NCBI GenBank assembly: GCA_016844745.1
Contig: JAERMQ010000018.1
Location: 15,629 to 79,628 of the forward strand
Length of the DNA stretch: 64,000 bases
Source: Ignavibacteria bacterium
GTDB lineage: Bacteria; Bacteroidota; Ignavibacteria; Kapaibacteriales; UBA2268
Direction of reading: 5' to 3'
A model generated the notes under the pieces. That model was not told the origin of the DNA, searched no databases, and worked only from the letters and a program-made list of their open reading frames with translations. A program made the translations under genes and the position numbers. Below are positions 28,926 to 39,370 of the stretch, piece after piece; position 1 is the first letter of the stretch; the number at the start of each line of letters is the position of its first letter.

Positions 28926-31900
28926 CCCTTCCTTCATCCAGCCTGACATTTTGGATAATTCCAGTTTTCCTTTTTTCAGCGCTCTTTCTTTCATAATAAC
29001 AAAGAGAATAGGAGTTACAACGAGAACATGAATAGCAGAAGTAAGCAAGCCTCCAATCATTGGCGCTGTAAGAGGTTTCATAACATCCGAGCCTGTGCCG
29101 GTTGACCACATAACAGGAACTAATCCAACTATAGCAACGAAAACGGTCATAAGTTTCGGTCTCAATCTCAGGACTGAACCTTCTACGGCAGCTTCGTAAA
29201 TATCTTCTTTTGTAATTTGATGTCTTGCTCCATCCACATGTCCTTTGATTCTTTTGTCTAAAGCTTCGTGAAGGTAAACCACCATCACAACACCGGTTTC
29301 AACAGCAACTCCATATAAAGCAATAAAGCCTACCCAAACAGCGACCGAAAAATTATATCCTAAAATATATATCATGTACATTCCACCGATTAATGCAAAA
29401 GGAACCGACAGCATTACTACTCCGGCTTCTTTATAATCATGCAAGGTGAAAAAGAGCAGAACATAAATTATAAGAAAAACGATAGGCATGATAATTTCAA
29501 TAGTTCGTTGAGCACGCACTTTGCTTTCGTATTGTCCGCTCCACAAATATGTATAACCTGTCGGAAGATTCAGACTATCGGTAATAACTTTCTTTGCATC
29601 TTCCATGACGCTTCCCATATCCCTTCCGCGGGTATTCATAAACACAATCGAGCGGAGCATAGCGCTTTCGCTGTTTATCATAGGAGCGCCGGTCGATACT
29701 GTAATATCTGCTAATTCATATAGCGGCAGGAAAATTTTAGCATTTGTCGATTGCGCTAAAAGACTCGCCGTATTTATATCCGAATTTGATATACTTGAGT
29801 TCTGCTCAGATGAACCCGTCATACTGCTCATGGAACCGGCTCCGGATGATTTTTTAGCTCCGCTGCCCATCGAACTCATCGAAGTAGCAGCCATTCCGGA
29901 TGATGAAGCAACCGGAACAATCAAACTTTTCAAATCTTCTATCGTATTCCGGACATCCCGCTCATATCTCATTCTTACCGGAAACCGCATCCTGCCTTGG
30001 AATACTACGCCAATATTCTCTCCGCCGATAGCCGTCTCAATAATATCCTGAACATCGCTGATATTAATTCCATACCGTGCAATAGATTCCGTCTTTAAAG
30101 CAATATCGAGATAATATCCGCTTTGTGTTCTTTCAGCTACTACATCGGCAGCGCCATGGACGTTTTGCAGTATTCTTTCAGCTTTTATGGCATAATATTC
30201 AAGAGTATCGAGATTGTCGCCGAATATTTTTAATCCGATATCCGTGCGTACTCCGGTTGATAGCATATTTATTCTATTGATTATCGGTTGAGTCCAACCG
30301 TTACGAACACCAGGTATTTGCAGCTTCCTGTCCAATTCTGCAACTATATCGTTTTTCTTAACTCCGGGGCGCCATTGATTCTTCGGTTTTAGTAATATTA
30401 TGGTTTCAATCATGCTAAGTGGTGCATTATCCGTTGCAGTCTCGGCTCTGCCTGCCTTGCCAAGCACATGAGAAACTTCGGGAATACTCATAATGATTTT
30501 ATCCTGAACGAGAAGAATCCTGTTTATCTCGGACATAGAAACGTTTGGCAAGGTAACCGGCATGTAGAGAATAGAGCCTTCATCCAACGGGGGCATAAAT
30601 TCCGAACCGGTTTTCATTATCATAGGTATTGTTATAAGTAATGCTACAACATTTAGAAAAAGAGTAATTTTTCTATGCTTCAGCACCCAATGAATAACCG
30701 GTTCATAGATTTTGATAAAGAACCTTGTTATTGGATTCTTCATTTCGGGGCGGAATTTACCTCTCATCAATAGTGTCATCAGCACCGGAATCAGTGTAAT
30801 TAACACAATCGCTGATGCAGCCAGGGTGAAAGTTTTTGTATAAGCAAGGGGTTTAAATAGTTTTCCTTCTTGTCCGGTTAGAAAAAAGACCGGCAGAAAT
30901 GAAACCAATATAATGAGTTCGGAGAAGAATATTGCCCTGCCGACCTGTTTGGCAGACATAATCGAGATTTTTGTATATTCCTCGCTTGTCAGATGTTCTT
31001 TTTGAGTTAATGCATGAGCTATATTCCGGTAGGCATTCTCGACCATGACAATCGAAGCATCGACTATTACTCCTATCGCCAGAATTATACCTCCCAAACT
31101 CATAATATTAGAAGTAACATTGAAGAGATGCATCAGGATAAAGGCTAATAAAACCGAAATGGGTATTTCGATAATTATACGTAAAATACTTCTGAAATGA
31201 AGAAGGAATAAAGCTACCATAATAGAAACAACGAGCGCTGCTTCCAATAATGCCTGCTCCAGAGTACCAACTGCTTCTTTGATTAAAGTGCTTCTGTCAT
31301 AAGAAGGGATGATATCCACGCCGGGGGGTAATCCCGGTTTTATTTCATTAATTCTTGATTTTACATCATCGATTACCTTACTTGCATTCTCTCCCTGCCT
31401 CATAACGACGATACCTCCGACAACTTGTCCTTTGCCGTTTTTTTCGAGAGAACCGCGCCTGATATCGCCGCCTAATTGTACTTTCGCAATATCTTTCAGC
31501 AGTACCGGAATTCCGTTCGGACCGGCTTTGATTGCAGCATTTTCCAAACTTTCTTTGTCCTGAATATATCCTTGCCCTCTTACGAAATACTCTGCATCAT
31601 TCAATTCCAATAATTTCCCGCCAACCTCATTATTGCTTCGCTGAATTGTATTGACAACATCGGAGGTCGAAACGTTGTAGCTTCTTAGCTTTGAAGGGTC
31701 GATATCAACCTGATATTGCCTTACGTAACCTCCTATGCTTGCTATTTCGGAAACTCCCGGAACGGATACTAATTTATATCTAATAAACCAATCCTGTAGA
31801 GTCCTCAATGTACCTAAATCATATCCTTTGCCTTCGACAGTGTACCAGTAAACATGCCCAACACCGGTTCCGTCCGGTCCTAAAACAGGAGTTACTCCGT

Positions 31901-32267
31901 TCGGGAGCGAAGATGAGATTGTTGCCAATCTTTCCAGCACTCTCGTTCTGGCAAAGTATATATCAACATTATCTTCAAAAATTACGAAAATAAAAGACAT
32001 CCCGAACATTGAAGAAGCCCTGACTGCCTTCACACCGGGCAATCCCTGCAAATTGGTAACTAAGGGATAAGTAACTTGCTGTTCGATTATGTCGGGCGAC
32101 CTTCCCATCCATTCTGTAAATATTATTACCTGATTCTCCGATAGGTCAGGAATTGCATCGATTGGGAGCGTCGCTACCGAATATATGCCAATACCTGTTA
32201 CAACGACATATAATAACAGGACAATGAATCTATTCTGAGCGCTCCATTCGATTAATTTTTCAATCAT
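28920..32267 (-). CDS. cusA: heavy-metal efflux RND pump, CusA/CzcA family
   Basis: 'DAIPDLSENQVIIFTEWMGRSPDIIEQQVTYPL' is diagnostic of the CusA/HME family; 12-TM architecture; 1115 aa. Confidence 0.9.
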   Translation of the reverse strand: MIEKLIEWSAQNRFIVLLLYVVVTGIGIYSVATLPIDAIPDLSENQVIIFTEWMGRSPDIIEQQVTYPLVTNLQGLPGVKAVRASSMFGMSFIFVIFEDNVDIYFARTRVLERLATISSSLPNGVTPVLGPDGTGVGHVYWYTVEGKGYDLGTLRTLQDWFIRYKLVSVPGVSEIASIGGYVRQYQVDIDPSKLRSYNVSTSDVVNTIQRSNNEVGGKLLELNDAEYFVRGQGYIQDKESLENAAIKAGPNGIPVLLKDIAKVQLGGDIRRGSLEKNGKGQVVGGIVVMRQGENASKVIDDVKSRINEIKPGLPPGVDIIPSYDRSTLIKEAVGTLEQALLEAALVVSIMVALFLLHFRSILRIIIEIPISVLLAFILMHLFNVTSNIMSLGGIILAIGVIVDASIVMVENAYRNIAHALTQKEHLTSEEYTKISIMSAKQVGRAIFFSELIILVSFLPVFFLTGQEGKLFKPLAYTKTFTLAASAIVLITLIPVLMTLLMRGKFRPEMKNPITRFFIKIYEPVIHWVLKHRKITLFLNVVALLITIPMIMKTGSEFMPPLDEGSILYMPVTLPNVSMSEINRILLVQDKIIMSIPEVSHVLGKAGRAETATDNAPLSMIETIILLKPKNQWRPGVKKNDIVAELDRKLQIPGVRNGWTQPIINRINMLSTGVRTDIGLKIFGDNLDTLEYYAIKAERILQNVHGAADVVAERTQSGYYLDIALKTESIARYGINISDVQDIIETAIGGENIGVVFQGRMRFPVRMRYERDVRNTIEDLKSLIVPVASSSGMAATSMSSMGSGAKKSSGAGSMSSMTGSSEQNSSISNSDINTASLLAQSTNAKIFLPLYELADITVSTGAPMINSESAMLRSIVFMNTRGRDMGSVMEDAKKVITDSLNLPTGYTYLWSGQYESKVRAQRTIEIIMPIVFLIIYVLLFFTLHDYKEAGVVMLSVPFALIGGMYMIYILGYNFSVAVWVGFIALYGVAVETGVVMVVYLHEALDKRIKGHVDGARHQITKEDIYEAAVEGSVLRLRPKLMTVFVAIVGLVPVMWSTGTGSDVMKPLTAPMIGGLLTSAIHVLVVTPILFVIMKERALKKGKLELSKMSGWMKEGE

Positions 32268-32439
32268 TTTTAACTTTCAATTTATTTTCCATTTTATTTC
32301 AACAAGAGATTCAAAAGCATTAAATTGAGTTCTTATTTATTTTGAATCAGTTTCCTATAAAATCAAATATATAGATTCATAAACAATATCAGCAGACAAC
32401 AAATTTTGAATTTATAGAACTAAATAATTTACCAATTAC

Positions 32440-32826
32440 TTATTTAACATCAATATCATTTTCTTTTAAATTTTTTATTGCCGCTAAATTCTTCACTTTT
32501 TCTAATTCCATACTACAAATAGGACAATTTCCGGGTTTGTCTGAAATTACATTCCAGTGCATCTGGTCTTGATAAACATACCCATCCTTATTAGTGTCAA
32601 TTGCATAGACATCAATTTTTCCTTTTTTGATTAAGGTTGTATCTCCTTCTTTAGCGTCTTTCAGACTATGGTCCGAATGGTCTGAACTCCCGGAGTGACC
32701 TGAGTGGTTTCCATGACCTTTCATACTACAGCACTGAGAATTCAGGCTTGAAATTGATAATGCAAAGATAATGATTATTCCTGCTATCAAAGGAATAATA
32801 ACTTGTTTGAAATCTACTTTGAGCAT
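32440..32826 (-). CDS. periplasmic His-rich metal-binding protein with heavy-metal-binding module (CusF-like chaperone role)
   Basis: Signal/TM, 'HGNHSGHSGSSDHSDHS', and 'HWNVISDKPGNCPICSMEL', the same module found at both ends of the CusB-like protein. Confidence 0.6.
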   Translation of the reverse strand: MLKVDFKQVIIPLIAGIIIIFALSISSLNSQCCSMKGHGNHSGHSGSSDHSDHSLKDAKEGDTTLIKKGKIDVYAIDTNKDGYVYQDQMHWNVISDKPGNCPICSMELEKVKNLAAIKNLKENDIDVK

Positions 32827-32839
32827 TTTGAAATCCTTT

Positions 32840-33496
32840 TTATTTGTTGATAAATATTTGCTTTTCTATCGAAATTGTTGGCGTTTTTAAAATAAGAAAA
32901 TAAACACCTGACGCTAATTCAGAACCATCGAATATAAGAAGATGCTTTCCTTCAATTTGAAGTTCATTAATTAATGATTTGACTAATAATCCTTTCATAT
33001 CGAAAACATTGATAATTACATTCTCACTCACTGGTAAATAATATTTTATCTCTGTATTTGATATAAAAGGATTTGGATTTGCTTGTAATGTTAAACCAAT
33101 AATACCAGAAGCATCATTAACATCGGCTATCGACTTTACCTGAATTTCGATAGGAACTGTTACCGGACCGTGATGTGGGTCGGTAACAATAATATTGGAC
33201 TTATAAGTACCGGATGAAAGTATAGTTGCATCAATCTTTAATACAATAAAAGCAGTGTCATTTATGTTAAGATTGCCGGAGACAGAGTTAAAACTAATCC
33301 AACTTTCGGAAGCGCTGATTTTATAACCCAAATTACCTGAAGGTCCCTGATTTGTTATATGAAAAATCATTGAGCTTTTTTGACCCGCAGGAACCGGAAT
33401 CACTAACTGGTTCGGATGTACGTTCAAACTTGCGAATGCACTTGTTGAGAATAATACAGTAAGTATAATAATTCCCATAAATTTAGCTGACGTCAT
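32840..33496 (-). CDS. secreted beta-sandwich protein with T9SS C-terminal domain
   Basis: Signal peptide; C-terminal 'ANPNPFISNTEIKYYLP...GVYFLILK'. Confidence 0.5.
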   Translation of the reverse strand: MTSAKFMGIIILTVLFSTSAFASLNVHPNQLVIPVPAGQKSSMIFHITNQGPSGNLGYKISASESWISFNSVSGNLNINDTAFIVLKIDATILSSGTYKSNIIVTDPHHGPVTVPIEIQVKSIADVNDASGIIGLTLQANPNPFISNTEIKYYLPVSENVIINVFDMKGLLVKSLINELQIEGKHLLIFDGSELASGVYFLILKTPTISIEKQIFINK

Positions 33497-33539
33497 AATT
33501 CTCCTGTTTTTATTTAAACATATCTACTTTATTATTTTT

Positions 33540-34610
33540 CTATTCGATTTTTAAGGGTAAATACATAGATACTTCTGCTCCTGATTCAATGTTCTTAGCT
33601 TCGACTTTCCCATTATGATATTCCATAATTAATCCTACTATAGCCAGGGAAAGTCCTAATCCCTCAGTATGGTGAAGAATATCATTAACTGTAAATAACT
33701 CAAATATCTGAGGTAAAACTTCTTCTGAGAAACCATTTCCTTTATCCTGAAAACAGAGAATAAAGTAATTACCTTCAATAGTTAAAATCACTTTAATTTC
33801 ACTTCCTTTGTCTGAAAATTTAATAGCATTATTCAAAATACTTTCAATTGAAAAAGCAATCAGGTTTTCATCTATTTCAACATAAATATTTTCAGCGATA
33901 AAATTTTTAGAGATATTTAAAATATTCGAACCATCCAACTCATTGAAATGTATAGTAACGTTATTAACAAAATCATCAAGATTAATTTTAACGGGTGATA
34001 AATTATGTTCCCTGAGTTTTAGTTTAGTAACCATAAGTGCTGTCTCTGAAAATTTGTTTAATCTTTTTGCCGAGTCAAATAAATGCTGTGCAATTTCTTT
34101 ATTATTTGTATTTTCAAGTTCAGTTAGAAGTATATTTGCGAGCCCCATAATACCATTAAGTGGTGTTTTTAATTCATGAGAAATTAAACTTAATATATCG
34201 CTTTTTGATTTACTTAGATGTTCAAGTTTCAAATTCGCATTAGTTAATGCTTCCGTTCTATCAATTACTTTTTGTTCGAGTGTTTTATTAAGTTCATTTA
34301 ATGTATTTTCCGATGATTTTAATTTATATTGCGTTCTATATAAAAATACCATACTGAATAAAAAAGAAATAATCAGAATATATAGTATTCTATGATAAAT
34401 TAGCATTTCAGGTATATTAAAAATTAATAAATCCAAGAAATTCATGTTTTGTGACATTTTGTCCTCAACCATCATCGGTTCAAGGATTGTTGCTAAAATC
34501 CAAACTATAGCCGAAACTAAAAGAATGATGGCTATCGTATTTTCTCTTATTTTTTTAAATTTCATTTTATTTCCTTTTCCTTGAGTTAAGCGTTTTTCTT
34601 GAAGTTCCAC
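33540..34610 (-). CDS. sensor histidine kinase
   Basis: N-terminal TMs, HisKA 'SHELKTPLNGIMG', and an HATPase_c region. Confidence 0.8.
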   Translation of the reverse strand: MELQEKRLTQGKGNKMKFKKIRENTIAIILLVSAIVWILATILEPMMVEDKMSQNMNFLDLLIFNIPEMLIYHRILYILIISFLFSMVFLYRTQYKLKSSENTLNELNKTLEQKVIDRTEALTNANLKLEHLSKSKSDILSLISHELKTPLNGIMGLANILLTELENTNNKEIAQHLFDSAKRLNKFSETALMVTKLKLREHNLSPVKINLDDFVNNVTIHFNELDGSNILNISKNFIAENIYVEIDENLIAFSIESILNNAIKFSDKGSEIKVILTIEGNYFILCFQDKGNGFSEEVLPQIFELFTVNDILHHTEGLGLSLAIVGLIMEYHNGKVEAKNIESGAEVSMYLPLKIE

Positions 34611-34701
34611 CTTGAATCTTCACATATTTCAAGAGTTCCTCTTATCTCAAGGATATATAAACCTGTTGGGTACAAACCGATAAGCAAGTTTATTTAAACA
34701 A

Positions 34702-36192
34702 TTATACCAATTGATATTGTAACATCATGCCATCATCCTCGTGTTCAAGATTGTGGCAATGAAAAACAAATACACCTTTTAATGTTGCAAATGAGATAAT
34801 GATTTTTACTGTTTCACGAGGCAAAACTAAAACGGTATCCTTAAAACCGTTTTCTGAAGCGGTCAACTGTCCCCTTCCTCCGGTTCTTTCCAACACCTGG
34901 AAATTCACTCCGTGCAAATGCATAGGATGAGGTTCATCGCCCTGTGAATTATCAAATACCCATATCTCTGTTGTATTTGCAGAAACAGTTTCATCTATCC
35001 TGTTTTTATCATATATTTTATTATTGATTCTATGAATACCTGTCATATTCATGCCACCGGTCATTTGCGGGGCATTAATAATAAAATTTCTTGTCTTTGA
35101 AGATGATGAAGGTAAAATAGCATTGACAGAAGAAAGCGAAGTCGGTACTTTAAAACTATCACTTACGATTTGTGATACTTTAAACTTCATAATCTTAAAC
35201 GTTTGTTTACCTTGAGCGCTACCACCGTTATCAAATATCCTGTTTTCCAAAAATATCTCTGTACCAGAGGTCAAGCCGGCAAAGTTTACCAGCACATCTA
35301 ATCTTTCTCCGGGAGCTAATAAAATACTTTTTACGGCTATAGGATTTCTTAACAGACCGCCATCATTTCCGATAATTATCATATCAGCATTATTACTTAA
35401 AGCAAGATTATAAATACGGGCATTTGAACCGTTTAATATTCTCAAGCGGTAAAATCTTGTTTCTACTTCACAATAAGGTGAGGCTTCTCCATTTACAATA
35501 ATTGTTTCACCCATATAACCCGACATTATTTCTCCCATAGAAGGATTATATGTAATACCTGATGCTGTAAGCCGCTTGTCCTGTATTACCAAAGGAATTT
35601 CATAATTACCTGACGGCAGATTTAAAGCAGCTTCTTCTGCATCGTTAATGATAAATAAACCTGCTAATCCCTGAAAAGCCTGTCTTGCAGTTGCTCCATC
35701 CGGGTGCGGATGATACCAGCATAGTCCTGCTCTTTGATTAATTATGAATTGGTAATTAAAACTACCTCCGGGATTTATAACAGCTTCCGGATGTCCATCC
35801 ATATTGGCAGGAATTTTTAATCCATGCCAGTGGATATTACTTTTTTCAGAAAGATTATTCTGAAAATTGATATTGGCATTAATTCCATTATTAACACGAA
35901 TTGTAGGTCCCAATATACCGTTTGCCTGGTAACCAAATACTGATTTATTGCTGCCATTAATATTTGCAGTTGTTGCCTGGGCTGTTAATGTTGTATTACC
36001 TGTTACTGTGTTTGGAATGGGGAGTAGCCTGCTGAAATTCCCTTCTGTTACAGGAACCGGTTGACTCCCCATATTCATATCACCGTTGTTCATCACGTTG
36101 CCGCATGATTCTAAAAAAGTGAACATAGAACTACCCACTAATACACTGCCTGCTCCCAGACCTGTGTTTTTTATAAATTCTCTTCGTTTCAT
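34702..36192 (-). CDS. multicopper oxidase (CueO/CopA-like), Tat-exported
   Basis: 'RREFIKNTGLGAGSV' Tat signal. 'HWHGL', 'HPMHLHG' and 'HCHNLEHEDDGMM' are the copper-ligand motifs. Confidence 0.85.
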   Translation of the reverse strand: MKRREFIKNTGLGAGSVLVGSSMFTFLESCGNVMNNGDMNMGSQPVPVTEGNFSRLLPIPNTVTGNTTLTAQATTANINGSNKSVFGYQANGILGPTIRVNNGINANINFQNNLSEKSNIHWHGLKIPANMDGHPEAVINPGGSFNYQFIINQRAGLCWYHPHPDGATARQAFQGLAGLFIINDAEEAALNLPSGNYEIPLVIQDKRLTASGITYNPSMGEIMSGYMGETIIVNGEASPYCEVETRFYRLRILNGSNARIYNLALSNNADMIIIGNDGGLLRNPIAVKSILLAPGERLDVLVNFAGLTSGTEIFLENRIFDNGGSAQGKQTFKIMKFKVSQIVSDSFKVPTSLSSVNAILPSSSSKTRNFIINAPQMTGGMNMTGIHRINNKIYDKNRIDETVSANTTEIWVFDNSQGDEPHPMHLHGVNFQVLERTGGRGQLTASENGFKDTVLVLPRETVKIIISFATLKGVFVFHCHNLEHEDDGMMLQYQLV

Positions 36193-36222
36193 ATATATAT
36201 TTTTATAGTGAATAATAAGTAA

Positions 36223-37194
36223 TTAATCATTGTCCCAATTATAGATACTAATGAAATACGCAATTATGGAATTAATATCCCTGCGCGTCAAATGGTATTC
36301 CCAGGAAGGCATCAATAGAGGCGGTGTAAAGGACTTAGAGTCTGCTTTTTGAACAACGGGCGCACCATTCAATATTTTTTGGGTGATTGAATTATATTGA
36401 GCATAAAACCTGCTGAAACTGGGGAAGGGGGGAGAATCGTTCAGCTTATCAAGGTCTACACCCCGCTCCAACAACTTGATTAAGCTGTCCGCTTCTTTCT
36501 TTTCCCCAATTTTAAGTTTTTTTGCTAACGTAATTAAATCAGGTATGGTTCTATTGACGTAATTCGGATTAAATACGCCACCGATACCGGATTGTCCATG
36601 GCATGTAAAGCATCCCTTATCAATGAAAAGAAGCTGCCCGCGCTTTATGAAAGAAATCGATGAACCCGCAGCTAATGCCGGATTAGGTGCGCAACAATCA
36701 GCACGAACAGTATCTGTAGATAACTTCTTAGCCAATTCTGTATTTTTTATTTGCTCATGGCTCAATACGACTATATTCCCCCGCATATAATTGTGGCAAT
36801 GTCCACAAAATGTAGTGCAGTAATATTCAAATTTACCGGTTACTTTCGGTGTAAATGGAACATCATAGTAGTGACCTGCTTCCACAACGATAGGTCCAAA
36901 GCCTATTTCCGGTGCATAAAAAGTATGTGTTACGTCGGCGCTTGTAAATCTGAAAATTACTTCTTCATCTTGTGTAAGAACTATATTGGCTCTTTTAAAA
37001 GTTTGACTCCCATTATTAGTGGCTGTGACTAAATCTTCAGTCCAGATTCCTTGCGAAGCTAAACCGGTAAGATGTATAACTCTTTTCTTAGTAAGGTTCA
37101 TCCATGGAGCATTTAATGAAATAGCTAATGGCGTTCCAATCAGAATAATTATTACGACAGCGCCGGCAAATATTTCTTTGAACTTGTTTTTCAT
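36223..37194 (-). CDS. CuA-type cupredoxin domain fused to a c-type cytochrome domain (CoxB-like)
   Basis: 'HTF...CTTFCGHCHNYM' fits the CuA C-x3-C-G-x2-H-x2-M pattern. 'CFTCHG' is a heme c site. N-terminal TM. Confidence 0.6.
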   Translation of the reverse strand: MKNKFKEIFAGAVVIIILIGTPLAISLNAPWMNLTKKRVIHLTGLASQGIWTEDLVTATNNGSQTFKRANIVLTQDEEVIFRFTSADVTHTFYAPEIGFGPIVVEAGHYYDVPFTPKVTGKFEYYCTTFCGHCHNYMRGNIVVLSHEQIKNTELAKKLSTDTVRADCCAPNPALAAGSSISFIKRGQLLFIDKGCFTCHGQSGIGGVFNPNYVNRTIPDLITLAKKLKIGEKKEADSLIKLLERGVDLDKLNDSPPFPSFSRFYAQYNSITQKILNGAPVVQKADSKSFTPPLLMPSWEYHLTRRDINSIIAYFISIYNWDND

Positions 37195-37205
37195 TATTAT
37201 TTCCT

Positions 37206-38675
37206 TTATCCAATAAAAAATATTAAAAACGCCATTGTCACAAGCAAGGCAAAACCAGCCATAGGAATTAACCCCATGAGCGCTGCCTTATCTGTTTTAT
37301 ATAATCTAAAGCTAACAAAATAACCACGTGAAATAGCATAGCCTAATCCAACCACCAATAAAATTAACTGGACATAGCCTAAATATTCCGGCAGGAGAGG
37401 CTGCCACTTGAAATCCGCTGTTCCGAATAGATTCCATCCCCATCCGAGAGGGTCGGAAATTACAGAAATGATATATGAACCGTTTATGAACATCAAAGGA
37501 AAACTAAATGCTATCCATGCTAAAAGCCCCAGCGGTACCAAAATATATGAAAAACCTTTAAATATTTCCCTTACAGTTACCGAATCAACACCAGACATTC
37601 GTTTTGACAGATATGAGAACAGATAGAATACTCCCGGAACAATAATCAAAGCCGAAGACCATAATATTCCGGCATAAATGAAAAAGCCGCCCCATAAGCC
37701 TGATTCCGATGCATTAGCCCAATCTTTAACCGTTCCGTTTGTCCCCAATAGTATTACCGAATATGCCATAGCCAATGCAAGCATGATAAATCCTTTAAAG
37801 GACTCGTCGAGGCTTTTGATTTTCGTTTCGGATGCAAATGGTCGAACATTCAGAGCTATGTTATCATTCTTACATGATTTGACGCACTCCATGCACAAAC
37901 CGCAATAATTATTACGTTCCATATTTCCTATGTATTCGAACCACGGGCAAGCCCATCCATCCTCATTTCCGCGAATACATCCCTTATCTTTGCATTTTTT
38001 GCAAACATCTTTATCGCCGCTTCGCAATTCCATAGTCGATGCCATTGAATACAGGCTCAGAAATCCGCTTACCGGGCAAACATAACTGCAAAATACACGC
38101 TGCCGCCAAACTATTGCTAATAAAGTACCTAAAAGCAGCATAGTTCCAAGCACTACTGAAGTAACAAAGGGACGAGTGACCAATACTGCGCTGAATGTGC
38201 ATAATGTCAAGAAGCCAATATTTTGAATCCATATATTCGAAAGAAATTTAGGCCATTTCAGGTTAAATCCGAACATTTTGTTTCTTAAATTAAAAGTCTT
38301 GCCAATCCTCACCATGATTAATGCCATTCGCTGAAATAATTCGCCGAAGAATGGCAGCGGGCATACGGTACACCAGATACGTGATGCAAAGGGAACCATT
38401 ATTGCTATTAACAAAAACCACCACAAAATCCAAATAAATACAATAGCGATATTTCTATTTCCAACAGGTGTGCCTATTAATCCAGCTATGATTATTACAT
38501 AAAACACCAATAAATTCGGCAGGATAACTAAGAACTGGAAAGATCTTGCTTTCAATATTCTCTTAAGCAACGGACTTTTTTTCAATAAATCATGTTTATT
38601 GAATGAATGCTCCTGTTCCGGCAATTTTATTTCAACTGACGGTTGCTTTTCTATTTTATCATCATATATGTACAT
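37206..38675 (-). CDS. membrane polyferredoxin, NapH/MauN/NosR-C-terminal-like 4Fe-4S protein
   Basis: Multiple TMs with 'CTVCP' and 'CSYVCP' motifs and a C-terminal Cys cluster. Confidence 0.6.
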   Translation of the reverse strand: MYIYDDKIEKQPSVEIKLPEQEHSFNKHDLLKKSPLLKRILKARSFQFLVILPNLLVFYVIIIAGLIGTPVGNRNIAIVFIWILWWFLLIAIMVPFASRIWCTVCPLPFFGELFQRMALIMVRIGKTFNLRNKMFGFNLKWPKFLSNIWIQNIGFLTLCTFSAVLVTRPFVTSVVLGTMLLLGTLLAIVWRQRVFCSYVCPVSGFLSLYSMASTMELRSGDKDVCKKCKDKGCIRGNEDGWACPWFEYIGNMERNNYCGLCMECVKSCKNDNIALNVRPFASETKIKSLDESFKGFIMLALAMAYSVILLGTNGTVKDWANASESGLWGGFFIYAGILWSSALIIVPGVFYLFSYLSKRMSGVDSVTVREIFKGFSYILVPLGLLAWIAFSFPLMFINGSYIISVISDPLGWGWNLFGTADFKWQPLLPEYLGYVQLILLVVGLGYAISRGYFVSFRLYKTDKAALMGLIPMAGFALLVTMAFLIFFIG

Positions 38676-38711
38676 AGGCTTATTTACTTTTTATTTCTAA
38701 AGTGGTAATTT

Positions 38712-38812
38712 TTTTTAAAAACCCTCACCCTAACCCTCTCCCAGAGTGAGAGGGAATTATAAATTATTTTCCCTCTCCCTTTGGGAGAGGGTTAGGGTGA
38801 GGGTTCTATATT
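38712..38812. repeat. CCCTAACCC-family hairpin variant with covarying arms (CCCTCACCCTAACCCTCTCCC...GGGAGAGGGTTAGGGTGAGGG)
   Basis: Read directly; the arm substitutions are mirrored on the opposite arm. Confidence 0.7.
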
Positions 38813-38827
38813 TAAATTGATTCCTTT

Positions 38828-39337
38828 TCATGTTCTTGATTTCTTTGTTCTAAAATAAATCATACCTAACATTCCCAAAGCAAAACCAACCGTAGCGCCT
38901 AATCCTGCATTAAATAAAATATTCGGATTAACCAGCATTTCTCCCTGCATGAATGGGTGCATCGTACCGCAAGTGTGAGAGCAGCGGTAACGGAATTTGC
39001 CTCTTTTATTTGCTATGATAACTATTTCGCTTGTGTCCTTCCAATTGAATCCTTCTGATGGGTGTCGTATTTTAAAGGTTTTAAGATTGGCCGGAATTTC
39101 GGCATCCAAATCGTATCCTTCCAAATAGAAGCCATGCATAACATCCAAAGAAACTAATCTAATGTGCAAAGTATCGCCATGATTAACTTCGAATCTGTCC
39201 GGCTCGTAAGAGTATTGACGTGCTTTGACGACGATATCCCTTCTTATGGGTTTTGACGAACCACCACCGGAGACAAACCCGACAACACTTCCGAATATTG
39301 TTATTAGCAGAGGCAGAACTATATATTTTGATTTCAT
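38828..39337 (-). CDS. CuA-like cupredoxin domain protein with C-terminal TM anchor
   Basis: 'CSHTCGTMHPFM' fits C-x3-C-G-x2-H-x2-M. Confidence 0.5.
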   Translation of the reverse strand: MKSKYIVLPLLITIFGSVVGFVSGGGSSKPIRRDIVVKARQYSYEPDRFEVNHGDTLHIRLVSLDVMHGFYLEGYDLDAEIPANLKTFKIRHPSEGFNWKDTSEIVIIANKRGKFRYRCSHTCGTMHPFMQGEMLVNPNILFNAGLGATVGFALGMLGMIYFRTKKSRT

Positions 39338-39370
39338 ACTCTATTCTATTATTTTTTGAATTTCAATTTT

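Noticed and set aside
36751-37216. Plus-strand ORFs (93 and 65 aa) antisense to the CuA-cytochrome c fusion gene
   Set aside because: Fully contained antisense to a well-supported coding region; no domain signatures.
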